Of a DNA stretch of 64,000 nucleotides, positions 1 through 14,000 are shown one piece after another. A program made the position numbers and the translations under genes. Where the stretch lies: NCBI GenBank assembly GCA_040954595.2, contig CM082586.2, forward strand, positions 2,299,124 through 2,363,123, given 5' to 3'. The DNA is from Balanoglossus misakiensis (taxonomy: Eukaryota; Animalia; Hemichordata). The notes beneath the pieces are model-generated. The model was given only the letters and a program-made list of their open reading frames with translations. It was not told the DNA's origin and searched no databases. Each line of letters begins with the position of its first letter. Position 1 is the first letter of the stretch.

Positions 1-144
1 TATAAAACTGCCCATATGTGGAATAAAATATATATTTCGCTACACATGTTTCACTGTATATATACTTGCTTTCTACTTTTTTTCAACGGTACATGTACAT
101 GTATGAATGATAAAAAAAAATCAACAAATTTAAATAACACTTAC

Positions 145-3100
145 CCTCCAATGCCTGAACTCTCTGGATTAACAACTCCCAGACACAGAAGGGTTGCTAT
201 GGCAGCATCAACTGCATGGCCCCCTTGCTTGAGAACATTCACACCAACCTGAGAACACTGTTTCGCTCCACACGAAACAGCGCCGTGTGGGCTCACCTGT
301 AAGAGTGTCAAAATGTGAGGAGAAAAAATTAAATTTTCTGATAAGCATATAAAAATGTCAAAGCTTGATAAACACTGCATAAAGTTTATTTGTGGCTAGA
401 AAACTCACCTGTCTTGGACCAAAACAAATATGGAGGACGAGGGCCGTTGTTATGGAGAATGCAAATGTTATGCAGCAGATGATGATTATTTTCAGACCCT
501 TCTCTTTCTGTTGTTGCGTTGGAATCTGTTTGAATTCTTCAAGAGGTAGAAGCGATGTCTCCCCGTTGTCAAGATGAGATTCTTCCGACTCGTGCCTTTC
601 TCTTGAAAGATGATGCCGTTCTTGTAGAAGTGCACCTGGGATGAGAATGAAGGTCAAGGTTATTCACTAATACAACACTGATGATTTCACTGGACATGTC
701 AACATTCTTAAGGAGTAGAACAAGAAACTGTCGTTGATACACAGAATAAATATACTGAAATTTATATCAAAAGTTAGAGCGACTGTCCATTTAATTGTGT
801 CATCATGTTTATCTTGTCTAGTGAATATACCTCAGGTGCCGTGGGAATACATCTGACCTGACAGCAAGAATAAAAATGAATTTTTATGCTATACACATAC
901 ACTGGTGATCTATGTATGCTAACCATGGGAATCCAACAGACAGCACGTATATTCACCTAAGATGAAATCTGCAGTCTGACTACTAATAAACATTTTTCGT
1001 TACAAAGGGATTAATAGACTTGTTTTCAAGTTGAAAAATCCCATTTGTATTCATCACAGCTGACTTCAAACTGATGTGTTTCATCGAGCAAATTAGTCAG
1101 CACTTAAAAGGCACACACAAGTCATTTGTAAATTCATTTTCAGATATTTTGGGGGCTGATGGGTAAATACTGTTTAAACATCTCAAGGACAATTTCAAAT
1201 TCATGATAACACTATGAGTTCTCTACCGTCTTATTTTGATGAGAAATACAGTTTTCATTTTATTTTAACTCAGTGCATCCTCAAGATCATCATGAGTCCG
1301 CTTTGAAATCTGAAGACACAATCTTCGAGTTGGCATCTAATTTTCTTGGAAAATCACACGTCAATTTCATCGCCATTAATCATGAGAGGTTTCAATACTC
1401 TCGCTGATTCCACTGAAGGCAGTATACATCTGCCTATCTAGTTAAATTTGGTAATCACCGAGAGAATGGAATGTCTTGAGGAAATATCTGGATTTTTCCG
1501 GATCATGGGTGATTCAAAATGTATGCATAACCTGAGCAGGCCGACCTAGTTTAGAATACATTCTATGTTGGATTGACGTCCCAATGGTATTATAAATATA
1601 AATTTGCATTACATTTCTATTCAAGTCTGACTATCAAAGAAGCAGTGACATAGTGAATACACACATATAAAAAAGATAAGAGATTTAAATCGAATTATAT
1701 ATACAAATAACAAGCACTATATTAGTATGAAGCAATTGCTAATGTATTTGACAGCATTGGTATGCTTAGATATTGGAATCGAATTGCTTGGGTCCCCACA
1801 TAATATACTAAAGCAGTTAGTCACATATACAGTGACCTGCTTATTATGGATGACATTTGCAAGACATGGCTGACTGTGTTGCTAATTTTAGTCTGGCGTG
1901 ACAGCAAACATGGGACTCGAAAATGAGAGAGGGTGTTGGTTTTCAGTGTATGAAGGCAAGTGAAATCAATGAAATAGGAGAAACAAATGTGTATTGTTCA
2001 TTCTACTGATCTACTATAGCATGTATAGATTATATACAGATAATATATCAAACAGAATTGATAACAAATCTAGATTGATAGACAGATAAATAAACTCTGC
2101 CACCGAAACAATTCAACACAGCCTGCTCCTCCCCCATATTAACCCTTCCACCCCTAAAATATATTATACAGGCCCAAAATCACCACTGAAAACGAAAATT
2201 CATTAATTGGTCCCAACTGCTGTGAATTAAATGAGCTTAAACAAAATACCTAACCCGTTAGTCAAAGAGATATAATATAATGCAAGGATTTGCATAATTA
2301 AACTATCATGAAATTTTGACATTTGTATCTTTAGGCTATAAGTGTGTGATCATATCAAATTAATGTGTCCTCTAGTAGAAGCATGCAAGCAAACAAATTA
2401 ATATATTTGGAAAAAAAAATTATTATTTATTCTTTGATTTAATTAACTGATAGATGACCAGTGGTCAAAGGGTCACTATGGCCGAAAAATATGGGGTCCT
2501 AGTTGGGCTTTATATAATACATGTATACCCTATAGCTGTACTGTTTGTACCTTGACTCAGAGAAAATAATACATTTGCCTGGTCAGTGGTTTGCTGGCTG
2601 GACGTCAAAACACCGTAAACACAAGGACAAACCCTGGAGCTACTTTACGCCGGCGAATTTCTATCCGGCAACAATGGGTGCATTCACACTGTCGAGTGAC
2701 CATGGAGCTGCCACAGACAGTGAACTCATTTGTGACCCCTGTACGCTGTTTCCCCGCACCAGTTATTTCTGACTATGACCAGGTCCTTAACTGGTGTCTG
2801 TGTTTAATTGACACCCGAAAAAACATGCACACAGCGCTTTGATGCAAGCCGAAACACGACGACAAAAAGTACGACTGGTCGTCTATTTCGGGCATCGATT
2901 TCATTCTAGCGCTTGGGCCTACGCTACGTGTACATGTTACTCGTCAACGGTACGTGTTGTGCCCGAGAGACAGTCTCGTCGAAGGGAAAGTGTTTTGGAA
3001 GCACGGATCGGAGAACGCAACTTGCGATGTCTCACAAATACTACGGCCATTTATGACGAGAGCGGCCAGCTGTGGCGCGGAGTTGGTAGGAGGCGCGGCC

Positions 3101-4588
3101 GCAGCCATTAGCCGCGGCTGGGCACCCTCGTCATACTACCAATGTTTTATTTGGAAATGCTACGTCATGCCACCGATGATCTGCGGGTTTGACTTTTTTT
3201 GATGAGCTATTTTATGATCGGATCATTTTTCTTGCACATTTTGTTAAGTCTCAGCGGTTACCAGCCTCCGCGGAGCGAGTTCTCACACCCCCGTTGGTAA
3301 ACTCGAATCTTCCGACGACTCGGTACGTAGTCGTCATTCTAACGGGAACCTCCCTTCAACCGATAACAAACACATTGACACAAACTGACCCGCTGAACAA
3401 CATTCAACGGCCGTACCACTGTCCATCACGAGTATCATGATCACTGTTGTCGCTGTGGCAAAAAAACTACCCATGTCCTAAGCTAGCCCCGTCGATAACT
3501 ACAACCTACACGCGCACTATCGCCTCAGCTGAATGCCGTCTCCAACCTCCCCGTTAATTTTCAGTCGGGGGAAAGCCCTTCCTTGAGGGAACGAATGGCT
3601 TCTGTACTGACTCTCCTACTATCGCACTTCCGGTCGCACGCGTTCGTTGACAGCTCGACAGGTTAGCGTGCGCGCTGTCTTTGAAGAAGGGCTGAAATAA
3701 GACATCGCAAACATACAGACGGGAAATGTTTATTTCATGAAATCAACCATATGTACGTCTGAAGCGCGCTTATGGCTTTAAAAAAATATGGAGAAATAAT
3801 CGCGAAGTTCCCTTTTTCAGAATTGTTCGGGCACGCGATGCGAGTCTGATCATCGCGGTTGGCCAAACGGGAGTTGCACGCAAAAAAAGGGCCCTCTACC
3901 GTCTACGCTGTCGTTGGCGTTTTGACTTACGAGCTTTCGGCTATGCCCCGTCGACGTCCACCACAACACCTGGTCGATCGTGCATGGCGATTTCCGTACG
4001 TACGTACGTACGTACGCACTCCACGATACCTCTTCTTAAAATTCCCTACCTGAACGAAGCAATGCCTTCAGCCAAACATGATTTGTACAACGCAACATTG
4101 AAGTTCGCGGATCCCGCGATCGCGAGCGGTCAGGATTACAGGCGGGGCGATCGGAGCAAAACAAAATGTATTGTGAGACGCCCAGCCCAGCCCAGTTGGC
4201 TGCACAATGCATTTGTGGAGTTCGTTCGATGTCCCTTGCAGTCGTGTACCGTACGCACAAAACACATGAAAGGACACTGTATACTTGACCAAGTCCGAAG
4301 GGAGTTCCCTTCTCACCAGATGCGTGGTCACTTTTGCGTTTTGTTCTTCACGGACAAAGTCGATCGTTCTAGCTAGCCGCGGTCTGTCGCTCGCCGTCAA
4401 TCAAGGGGCGATCCTCGGATACACCCGCACACAGAGATAGTGCAGTAACAAAACGATCGTGGAGTAACAACATACTCACTCGTACTACCCAAATCAACTT
4501 CCTCCATGGAAACGGTGTCCTTCCCGTTAACCGCGACATATGGCAGGTCCTGGCCGTTATAATCCTCCTCTGGAAGGGTTCCCGACAT
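145..4588 (-). CDS. GGT7: Glutathione hydrolase 7 / gamma-glutamyltransferase 7-like, first three exons (gene continues beyond window start)
   Basis: Exons 4588-4480 (MSGTLPEEDY...), 635-409 and 296-145 join in phase (1, 0, 2) at GT-AG sites. Product has a long cytosolic N-terminus, a TM helix (GLKIIIICCITFAFSITTALVLHICFG) and the GGT motif GAVS...C...G..VL.QGGHAVDAAIATLLCLGVVNPESSGIGG, as I recall for GGT7. Confidence 0.85.
2139..2193 (-). mobile_element. Fragment of a short TTAA-ended (piggyBac-like) MITE family
   Basis: ttaacccttccacccc... terminus; its reverse complement resembles 39255-39297. Confidence 0.4.
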
Positions 4589-5064
4589 CTTTACTTATTT
4601 AAAGTTTTTTTTCTCAAAAAAGGACGGTTCCACGGCTCGGCACAGGAGCTGGAAGCAAACTTTGTCACTGCTAACGGGGAATCACTTCGTCGTCGTCTGT
4701 CGTTTACGCCTGCGCCGCTGACGGGTTCTCAGGGAAATCAATGAAAACCATTGTCTAAATATTTGAATAAACAAACTGCTTTTTATATGTAGAGTATTTA
4801 CTAACAAACGCATAATTTAGAGGTCAAATCTCTGCAAAATGATTGGCCACGTCTGTACTGGGCATGCGCTCTGGGAAAATGACCTATAATTAAAATCAGC
4901 TAGCATGTGTACAAGTTTGGGTAAGTTTTTACGACAAACTTCAAAGTAAATTGCCAAACTTTTCAAAACTTTAGGCGCCAAATTATCCAAAAAATTGTTT
5001 TAAAAAATTGGGTGAAAAAATCGAAATATTTTGAGGCAGATCGGGGTACTACTTTATTGAGAAC
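4589..5064. promoter_or_regulatory. Bidirectional promoter shared by GGT7 and UBTF, inside a CpG-rich region (~2600-6250)
   Basis: Divergent start codons are under 0.5 kb apart (4588 minus, 5065 plus). CCAAT box on the minus strand (attgg ~4842) and a YY1-like aacATGGCGG at the UBTF start. Confidence 0.6.
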
Positions 5065-8000
5065 ATGGCGGAGTTCATAGGGGACCGTGAACACCTCCTG
5101 CCTAGCGGAGTAAAACGGAAAACAGCCAAGCTCGACAAAATGTCCGCAGCACACGGTAAGTACCGTTCCCGATCACCAAACATCGGGAAATATCTCCGAT
5201 CACCGTAAAATTTTTGGAAAAATTTTATGTCGAATTTGTTCCTTATTATTCCGGTATCAAATTTTGCCCAAAATTTCCTCATTATCTTGCCAGTCGACCT
5301 GTAAAAATCGTGGACAATTTTCGGGTGAATCGTGATCGATAACAAAGGCTGTTCCTCTCGGCGCCTCGCCCGTCTGACTTCCCTGGGAAAATGCTCAGCA
5401 ATGCCGCTTCATGTGCTGGATTTTCTCGATCGTATTTTATCGACAAATCCAAATTTTTCGTGCCAATGTCTTTATTCTTCAGCGCCACTCTTTCGTGACT
5501 ACTAATGTAGCAAAATTACCTCGATTTTGCCCGGGGATATTGTTCGAAAAGGCGACAATTTTGCAACAAGGTTGCTAGTGCACTGTTGTACGGGGTCCGC
5601 AAAATGCTGGCTGCAGCGTGGCGTTGTTCTGCAGAAAGCTTAGCGTCATCGCGTGATGATGATGGCGTGTATGGCGGTGGTGGGCTGGCTGGCTGGCTGG
5701 CATGGGTGTGTGCGGAGCGTTACATTCAGCTCGGCTTTTGCGTGAACGTAGCTCCGGCACTTGAACAGTCAGGGTCGGTGTCCAATGAGCACGTCTCAAC
5801 GCGAACGGCGGGTCGCGGCTAATATCGAACCCCGGGTTTTTCTGACGCTCGCTCACGCGAAGTATTTACTGGGTGGTGTTCCCTCATTTTGTGTGGGTGA
5901 ACCAGCGACACGATACGCTTTTTCTCCCCGTCAAATTTTCCTCGTAGTCTTGTAAATCACTCAGGAAAGTTCCTGTGTGCGCGCTATCGGCTGTACATTA
6001 CTGAAATGTACAGTTTTTCTCTCGCGCTCGTTAGCAGTAAATGTAATGAGGGAGAGCCATGGTGCGTACGGGTACGGGCCCGTCGATTTAATTTTTAACC
6101 GGTGCGCGGGCTTTCACCCGGAGATTCTTAACGCTCGTATCTCACACCCTTCGTACTGGGGACGCGGGAAGAGAAAAGTAGCGGAGGTTTTGTGCGACGT
6201 AGCTACCCATTTTAGCTCGGGGGGTCTTCTCTTATTGACGGGGAGAGTTACTCAGCCTGCGGCCCAATCTCTCCCTCCCCAAAGTACATTAAAACTGATA
6301 GGATTATGTCCAGGGAAGTTATTCAAGTTTGACGCCAGTTCTTATTTCTAACCAAGGGTCTCTATGATAAACTGAAAGTTTTATAAAAAGTTTATTTTTA
6401 GATTACATGTCCATTACCAATTTATTATAAAATATTCATTTTTTTAAAATAAAATTTCTTGTGCCCGAGTTTCTACCTACCCAACTCATTTTCCAACATT
6501 TCTCAAGAAAAAAAGTAAAAGAATTTGTTTTGGTTAATAAATATTAATTCTGAACTTGACAGACTTGTCTGTTTTGTGTTGTTTTGTTTACAAGATCAAG
6601 TCAGACAGTTTATAATTCACAGGTGTTTTTAATAGCAAATTACTTTATTGCCAGTTTTTGGATTCATTCCCTACTTGACAGAAAAAAGTGAATACAACCA
6701 CTACAGATATATAATTGGCAACGCAATATGTAAATTAGAAGGGACCAAAGTACACAATCAACAATGACCCTTGGGAGTGAACTTTAGCCCTTACTGCCCT
6801 CTGTTCTCAGTTCTTGGATTGGCTCTGGTGTGAAAATGTACAAAATATAAAAATCTTGACAAAATAAATTTATGGAATATGGATCAAATGAAATCAATGA
6901 CTATGCATTAAATATCCACTTGCAGCAAATCCTAGTTGTCATAGCAACAGTGATGATGAAGATGAGTTTTTCACTTGTTACTCTCAACTTCAAATTGCGA
7001 CACAAAGTGATTGTGAGAAAAATATGGAAAGTAATGAAAAAGGTATCATGCCATCTGTTTTTAAATGTCAAAATAATTGTAAGGGATAAAAGTTTTTAAA
7101 TTATCAATTGAAATTTTATATGTTTTGTTTGTCACAAAAATAATGTCACAGTTTTGAATATATGATTATAAAGTTCTCTAACGACTTAAAAAAAAGTTTA
7201 CCTACTAACTCTATATATGTCAAAAACTTAATTATAAATATATTTCATTCATTTTTGCGGGAATACATAATGATTTGTTAAATGAGTTTTAAAACACAGT
7301 GAAAAACAACCTGTACATTATCATGTTTGTGTAATTTTGTGTCATTTATGTTGTTTAATTCTTTTTTAAGTCCGACCCACACTGTAGTAAAAATGTTTAT
7401 AAATTTAAGTGTAAAGTTTCTGATATTTTTTTTTGCATTTTATTTTTGCGGATTATTTCTGTGACCAGTGGGAGTGTTTTCTCAGACAATGTGTGTATCT
7501 ACATGTTCAGTGAAACCTATCTAAACTTCTTAAAAGACATTTCCCCTTTTGTCTCCTGCAGGAAAGAAGAGGAAGGCAGCTCCCAGCAATGAGGAACATG
7601 TCAACGGCAAGATTGATCAACCGGTCTCAGCCAAGAAGGCAAAAACTGGTGAGTTCTTGAGAGTAACAGTAGTGCAAAAAATCATATAATGCTCGCGTTA
7701 AAAATAACTTAGCTGTGCCTTAACCACTACAGTGGTAGCATTCTTTTGGCTGTACAGTATCAGTGTGCAAGGTATCTCTTCCTTGATTTGTGTCTCTTTG
7801 ATTCAGTGTTTTGCTGTTTTGAATTGACATACACACATTATCTGTACAGCCAATATTAAATTACTGAGGTTCATAGTTCTGGTGCAACATTGCTTAGTAT
7901 GTCATCAGTCTCCAAACCCTCAAACATTCACCCATTGCAGGTACGATTAATTAGTACTGGGATATCAGTAAGGCATTCATTTATCTTGACAATCGTTTCC

Positions 8001-11000
8001 TTACATTTTCATTTTAACTCTAGACGAATGGAGTGTTGAGCAGAAACTGTCACTTCTTCAGAGGGTGGAGAGTCAGATTCCATCTGACGACATCAACTCT
8101 TTCAAGACTAGGATCTCTAAACTCGACTGGGACAAAGTGAAATTCGAACGATATACGAGCGATGAGTGCAAGGAGCACTTCACCGAACTTCTGAGTGTAG
8201 TGAGTTAAATACTGCCCTCTGGTAACTGTGAAGGAATCAGTGATGTGGACTGCAGAGGGTGCTATTACTAAATAAAATTGATATTGAGCTTATCAGTACT
8301 GTTGGTGTACGATTGATTGTCCGTGGTTATGTTTGAATGTATAATGTTTCATTCCAACAGAGGGAAACATTAACTTGTTTATTTTGTAGGTGAGAAAACA
8401 CAGAACATTGCAAGAACTTTGTAAGGATGCTGAAGATTTGGTCAAGAACCCTCAAGTTAAGGGGAAAAAGGTACAGCATTTTTTCCTATTAAAAGTGTCA
8501 ACAGAATTCAAGTCAACTTTCTGAAATTATGAAGTCTGCTCTGCCACCTTAAGCATCAATGATTTTCTGATTTCCCTAAGCACAGTAACATCACTGACAA
8601 TTGTCTTTTTCCGTACCATCCCACAGCAAACTCATCCAGACATGCCTAAAAAGCCATTGACACCATACTTCAAATATTACATGGACAAACGAAAGAAAAC
8701 CATGGAGGATAATCCTGAAATGAGCGCGCCAGAAATTAGTCAACTTGTCGCCCAACAGTACAAGATACTAAGTGAAAAGAAAAAGGTATATATAACTTGT
8801 CTACATTTAGACTTCTTCAGTAACATCAAGTTGAACATCATATTATGACAATTTGATAAGGCTCTACAGTATCCGTGTGCAAGGTATCTCTTCCTTGATT
8901 TGTGTCTCTTTGATTCAGTGTTTTGCTGTTTTGAATTGACATACACACATTATCTGTACAGCCAATATTAAATCACTGAGGTTCATAGTTCTGGTGCAAC
9001 ATTGCTTAGTATGTCATCAGTCTCCAAACCCTCAAACATTCACAAAAAGGGAGTGTTTTACTGTAGGAATGATAAAGTAAAACACATTGTTTTATGCTAG
9101 TTTATTTTTCTTTCAGTCAAAGTATGTCAAAAAGTATGGTGATGAAATGAAGGACTATCAAAAACTTATCGAAAAATTCAGGTAAGTTTTATGACTTTGT
9201 GTTGGTATTGATAGTACTGAACGTATTGAGATTACTGCAAATGTTAGCATGTTCTTGACAGTACAATAAATAGTGTTTGATACAACATTATTGAATTTGC
9301 TTACAGACAAGATCACCCAGAGTTTGCTGTTGGTAATAGCTCATCCAGAAAGTCAACTGATCCTGTGAGAAAACCGACTACACCAGTACAGGCCTATCTC
9401 AACACCAAGAGAGATCATCTCATGAAAACCAATTCAGAGGTAAAAACTGATACTCCATTTTTGTCAAAAGAGGTGGAGAAACTTTCCCATCAGTTTTAGC
9501 TTAAAAATAGCCTTGAAATGAAAGATTGAAATAGTACCGGTATTATTTATTTGTGAATTCAGCTCAGCAAGAGGGAAGCAGAGGAAAGTCTGAAAGCCCA
9601 ATGGAAGGGTCTGACAGAGAAGAAGAAACTTCTGTACATCAGATCTGCCTTGGACGATTTCAAACGATATGCGGTAAGTCTATCTCTGCTGTGCTTAGCA
9701 GGCCATATGGCAAGACAACTAAGAAAATACTATTTACTACTGGTAGAAACAAGTGATTAAATAACTTTGATGATTAACTTAGTGGATTTTGTGTTGGTCC
9801 AACCAGGCAATTGTAAACATTTAACTTCTCTGTATTCCCTTCACAGAAAGAGCTTGCTGAGTATCAGAAAAGTCACGCAGACTACCAACCAAAGGTCACT
9901 AAGTCGGTGTTGACCAAAGAGGAACAGAAGATACTGGACCGAGCTCTGGGTAAACCTGAAAAACCACCAGCGTAAGTAAAGGCTGAACTCTAACTTCAAG
10001 GCACTGTGTAGACTGATATTTGTTCTGATAAGCTTATATAAGTGTTGCCCCTTTAAAAAGACAAGCTTTGATTGTTTTTTACCTGCAGGAGTGGATACAG
10101 CCTGTTCTGCAGTATTCTGATGCACAATGACCTGTCCCATATCCCAAGCCAAGAGCGAATGGCCGAATGCAGCAAGAGATGGAAAACCCTGTCGCAGCAG
10201 GAAAAGAATGCCTACCAGGAGAGGTGTATCCAGGTGATTTATAACTGCATCATTTTTAAGACCAGAGGGGTCATTGCAGAAAGTGAGAAAGTGTGGTTTG
10301 TGAGATTGTTATTTTCATCTATGAAGGATAAATAAAAATTCAATGAATGACAGAGAAGATTAATCAATGATCAGACCGGATATTCACTGTTTAACTTTGT
10401 GTTGTTCAGAAACAAAGCACATAAACGTTTGTTAGCTATTAAAAGACCTATGATATTTATTCTGCTAAAGTAATATCACTAATTATAGCTTCAGGCTGTT
10501 AAATTTATCAAGTGTATTCAAGATTTGTATACACAATTGGGTCACAAGAAGGCCAAGAATTTAATTGGGAAATTTCATTTAAGTAACGCTGTTAATGAAA
10601 TAACCCCGGGCAGATATATCAAGATTTGTACTTGCCACAACATGAGAAAATTAATAAAAGTAGCAAGTTTATGATGCAAGTGTTTCAAATCTTCTGCTGA
10701 TCGGCCTTAGGCTGTATTGAGAGAGTTTTGCATTCCATCTTGTCATTTCTCATTTTATTTCATTTGGCGGCTAATTTGAGAAATTGTTAGGAAAGGAGCG
10801 AACAAGAATAAGTTAATGAGATATGACATGATATGACGTCAATACTTGGATTCCCGGCATCCGATACAACCCACACCACTTGAGAAAGACAGGATACATT
10901 TTCTCGCTTAATGATTGTAAATGAGGTCAAATTCAACAAGTGAATAAGCAAAAAATCGTGGCAGGTGCAACTTGGTTGCTGTTTCCATGGCGACCGAACT

Positions 11001-14000
11001 CTGATGTGGTTGGACCCGAGGAGTTGTTTTTGCATTGCCTTGGTTACAATTAAAAATGGTAAATTGGAAATGAAGTCAACATTAGGATGCAATATTGACT
11101 GCTTTAGAAAAGCGCTTGTAGCTGGGTGGGCATGTTGCAATATTTAAATGTCTCTGCTGTGGAACGGTTAATTGGTTGTGAAAAGAACAGTTAGACAGCC
11201 TGATTATTGGTTAGCCGAGCTAGTAAAAGCTTTTCGTGTGCAAACATCGTTGAGTGTAGAGCTTTTTAATGGCCTGTCCTGAATTGGTTTAATCAAAGCA
11301 GTGCGGTTCAGGCAGACATACAGGCAGGAGGAGGTAGGCACAGTTCCGTTTTTATTTTATCAACGATCGCTTTACATGCAGGTTGAGGTTTCAATACATC
11401 ATTGGGTATTGAGTTTCACAACAGGCAATCGATTTGAGTTGAATAGGTGTAGAGAGGCGATCTGTGACTCCAGCGGAAATTTCTGCCATCGGATTTTTCT
11501 CAGATGTCACGATTTGATCGCTTTTAATGAATTCATTGTAGTTAGACACTTGATCGAACACCAGTGGAAAGATGTGTTGAGTACCGTACAAGGTGTTTCA
11601 CAATTTCAGTGGTGAAAAACATAAGTACAATCTCTCAATGTAAGTACTCTGTCCAGCTTTGACCAGCTTTGCTTCGAAGTAAATATCTTAACGTTCTCTG
11701 TATGTGCTCATCTTACAGAACAAACAGAAATACGCTGAAAAGTATGATCAATACTTAGAGGTGAGTCTATCTCCCTGTGTTTTTATGATATTTTTTTTTT
11801 TACATATATGAAGTAGAGGAGGCTCTATGTTGTCAGATCTACACAAGAGTGGATAGGATGTGAAATCCCAATATTTTTGCTCGTGCACATTGTAAGTGAG
11901 ACGAATTCTAAAATCTCTTATTTTCTTGTCATTGCAGAGTCTACCCGAAGAAGAACGTGAAAATCTAAAGCGAGAAGAAAAACTCAAACAGACCAAGTCG
12001 CACTCTAACGATCTTGCTAAAGCCCCGGTAAGCCTTCTGCTTGTTTTTCTGCAGTTTGGTAATTGATCACCCGATCCCAGATTCTCGCAGGACTCACTTG
12101 ACATGTTTTGAACAGCTGCTTCTGAAATAGATGTGGAATTTCCAACACCTGTGTGTAGATTTCTGACTCCTGGTAAATCATGATGTGGGGTGACGCCAGT
12201 GTTATGCCAACGATACCCTGTCGTAATCACTTAAAAAGTGGGGTCACTTTGTAAATCACCACAGATTGAACAAGCAAATTTAATTGACTATGCGGTTGGT
12301 TGTCATAACAACCTGGAGTGGAAATTTCCTCGATTTTATAAAAAGATAATTACATCTCCAACTAAATTGAGCATAATGCAAATCATTGTGCGCCTGACAG
12401 TCAACACTGATTGTTGGAAGTTGTTTCAATAAAAAAACCTCACAAAGGACTAGATCTTTCCTGGATTTGATGTAAGTGTATCATGATATTGCTACAGTGA
12501 CTGAATCCAGGCCTTGCATAATTACAAAGCAGGTATATTAATGTATTGTGACTGTTATTTTTCCCTGCAGTGTCCTGATCGTCCGAAGCGACCAATAAGT
12601 GCTCTGTTTATCTACTGCAACGAGAAGCGAGAAAAGTTCCAGAAGTCTAATCCGCAGTTGACAAGCACTGAAGTCAACAGGACTTTGGTTCAGAAATACA
12701 ACCAGTTGTCAGAGAAAAAGAAGGTAAGTTCAGCATTTCTATCTTAACTTAACCTCCCTAAAGTCTAACTTCACTAACTTTGGAGATATCATGTACAAAT
12801 CAATCGTCCAGTTATCTTGAATAAATGGAATTTAATGGTCATGGTTTCCTAAAAGATAATTATCCCTTTCTTGCTGTTGGCAGGAGAGATACAAGAAAAA
12901 AGAAGAAGAGTATAAAGCAGATTATGAAAAACAAATGCAGCAGTTTGTGTAAGTATATTGAGATAATTCATTAGGCCTAAGTTTTCGTACATTGCATTTC
13001 TTTCATTCTATAGATTACTGTATCATTTATTTACATCTCCTTTCATTCTGCAGAAAAGAACACCCTGAGTACTTGAAAGAGGCAACTTCACAGAAGAAGA
13101 AGAACCAGATCAGAAAACAATATGCAGAGACCCCGAAAACAGCCCAGGATCTCTGGATTGAAAGTAAAACTGAAGAATACATCCAGAAGAACAGAGTGAG
13201 TGAAAATTTCTTAGAATCTCCCGTATCATCTTTGATGTTTCTAGGTAATGTAAAGTACAGATCAAATATTCCCTGAATTATTGGAATTTTATTTGTTGAA
13301 CAGGTGACCATCGATGCAGCAAGACAAGCTCTGAAGTTACAATGGGAGAAACTTGATAAAGCCGACAAGATACCCTGGGACAAACAGGCAGCCAAGTTGA
13401 AGAAACAGTTTGATGTATGTACAGTCTTCATGAAAATTAGTACTCTTTACACAGTGTGACTTCAAAGCATGAGAAAGTTCAGTTTTTAAGCATGAGTTCG
13501 AACCATAATATTTTGTGTCTGATTCATGTACTTTTGTCCTGATATTTACAGAAACAAATTGAAGTTGATGAGAAGATTCTGAGTCAGGAACCAAAGAAAC
13601 CACCAGCGTAAGTAGAATACCCCAGTGATCAACTTTGTCCCATTTAAATCCACTGTAGGCATGTGATTGTCCATTATAATCACCATGGTCTTGACTAATG
13701 TATTTGTGTGTGTTTACAGCAATGGCTATGCCTTATACAGTCAGGAGATGCTACAAAGCAATGAACTCAAGCATCTGGTCAGCAAGTCTCGAGTTCAGGA
13801 GATCGGCAGGCGCTGGAAAATGATGCCGGATCAAGAGAAGAAGAAATACAAACTTAGAAGAGACAAAATGTTCAAGAAGTATGAAGACTTGAGGGAAAAG
13901 TTTCTTCAGGTGCGTGTCTAGTCTTTCAAATCCAATGCAAGAAATATGTGTTCTACAGTTGAAAATTCCCCTATGGGTTTCCCTTGCAGTATCCCAACTT

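Noticed and set aside
831-857. 27-nt microexon-like segment (minus strand) with a good acceptor in GGT7 intron 1
   Set aside because: In the required phase 1 it contains TGA and its donor is weak. Exons 1 and 2 already join in frame without it.
3995-4017. (GTAC)n self-complementary run and overlapping 110-130-aa ORFs nearby
   Set aside because: Short microsatellite. The ORFs are expected by chance in the CpG-rich intron and lack motifs.
8213-8372. Possible H/ACA-like hairpins in UBTF intron 3 (ccctctg/cagaggg, ctgttgg/ccaacag, ACA)
   Set aside because: No convincing H-box spacing or rRNA guide found, and the ACA is very close to the acceptor.
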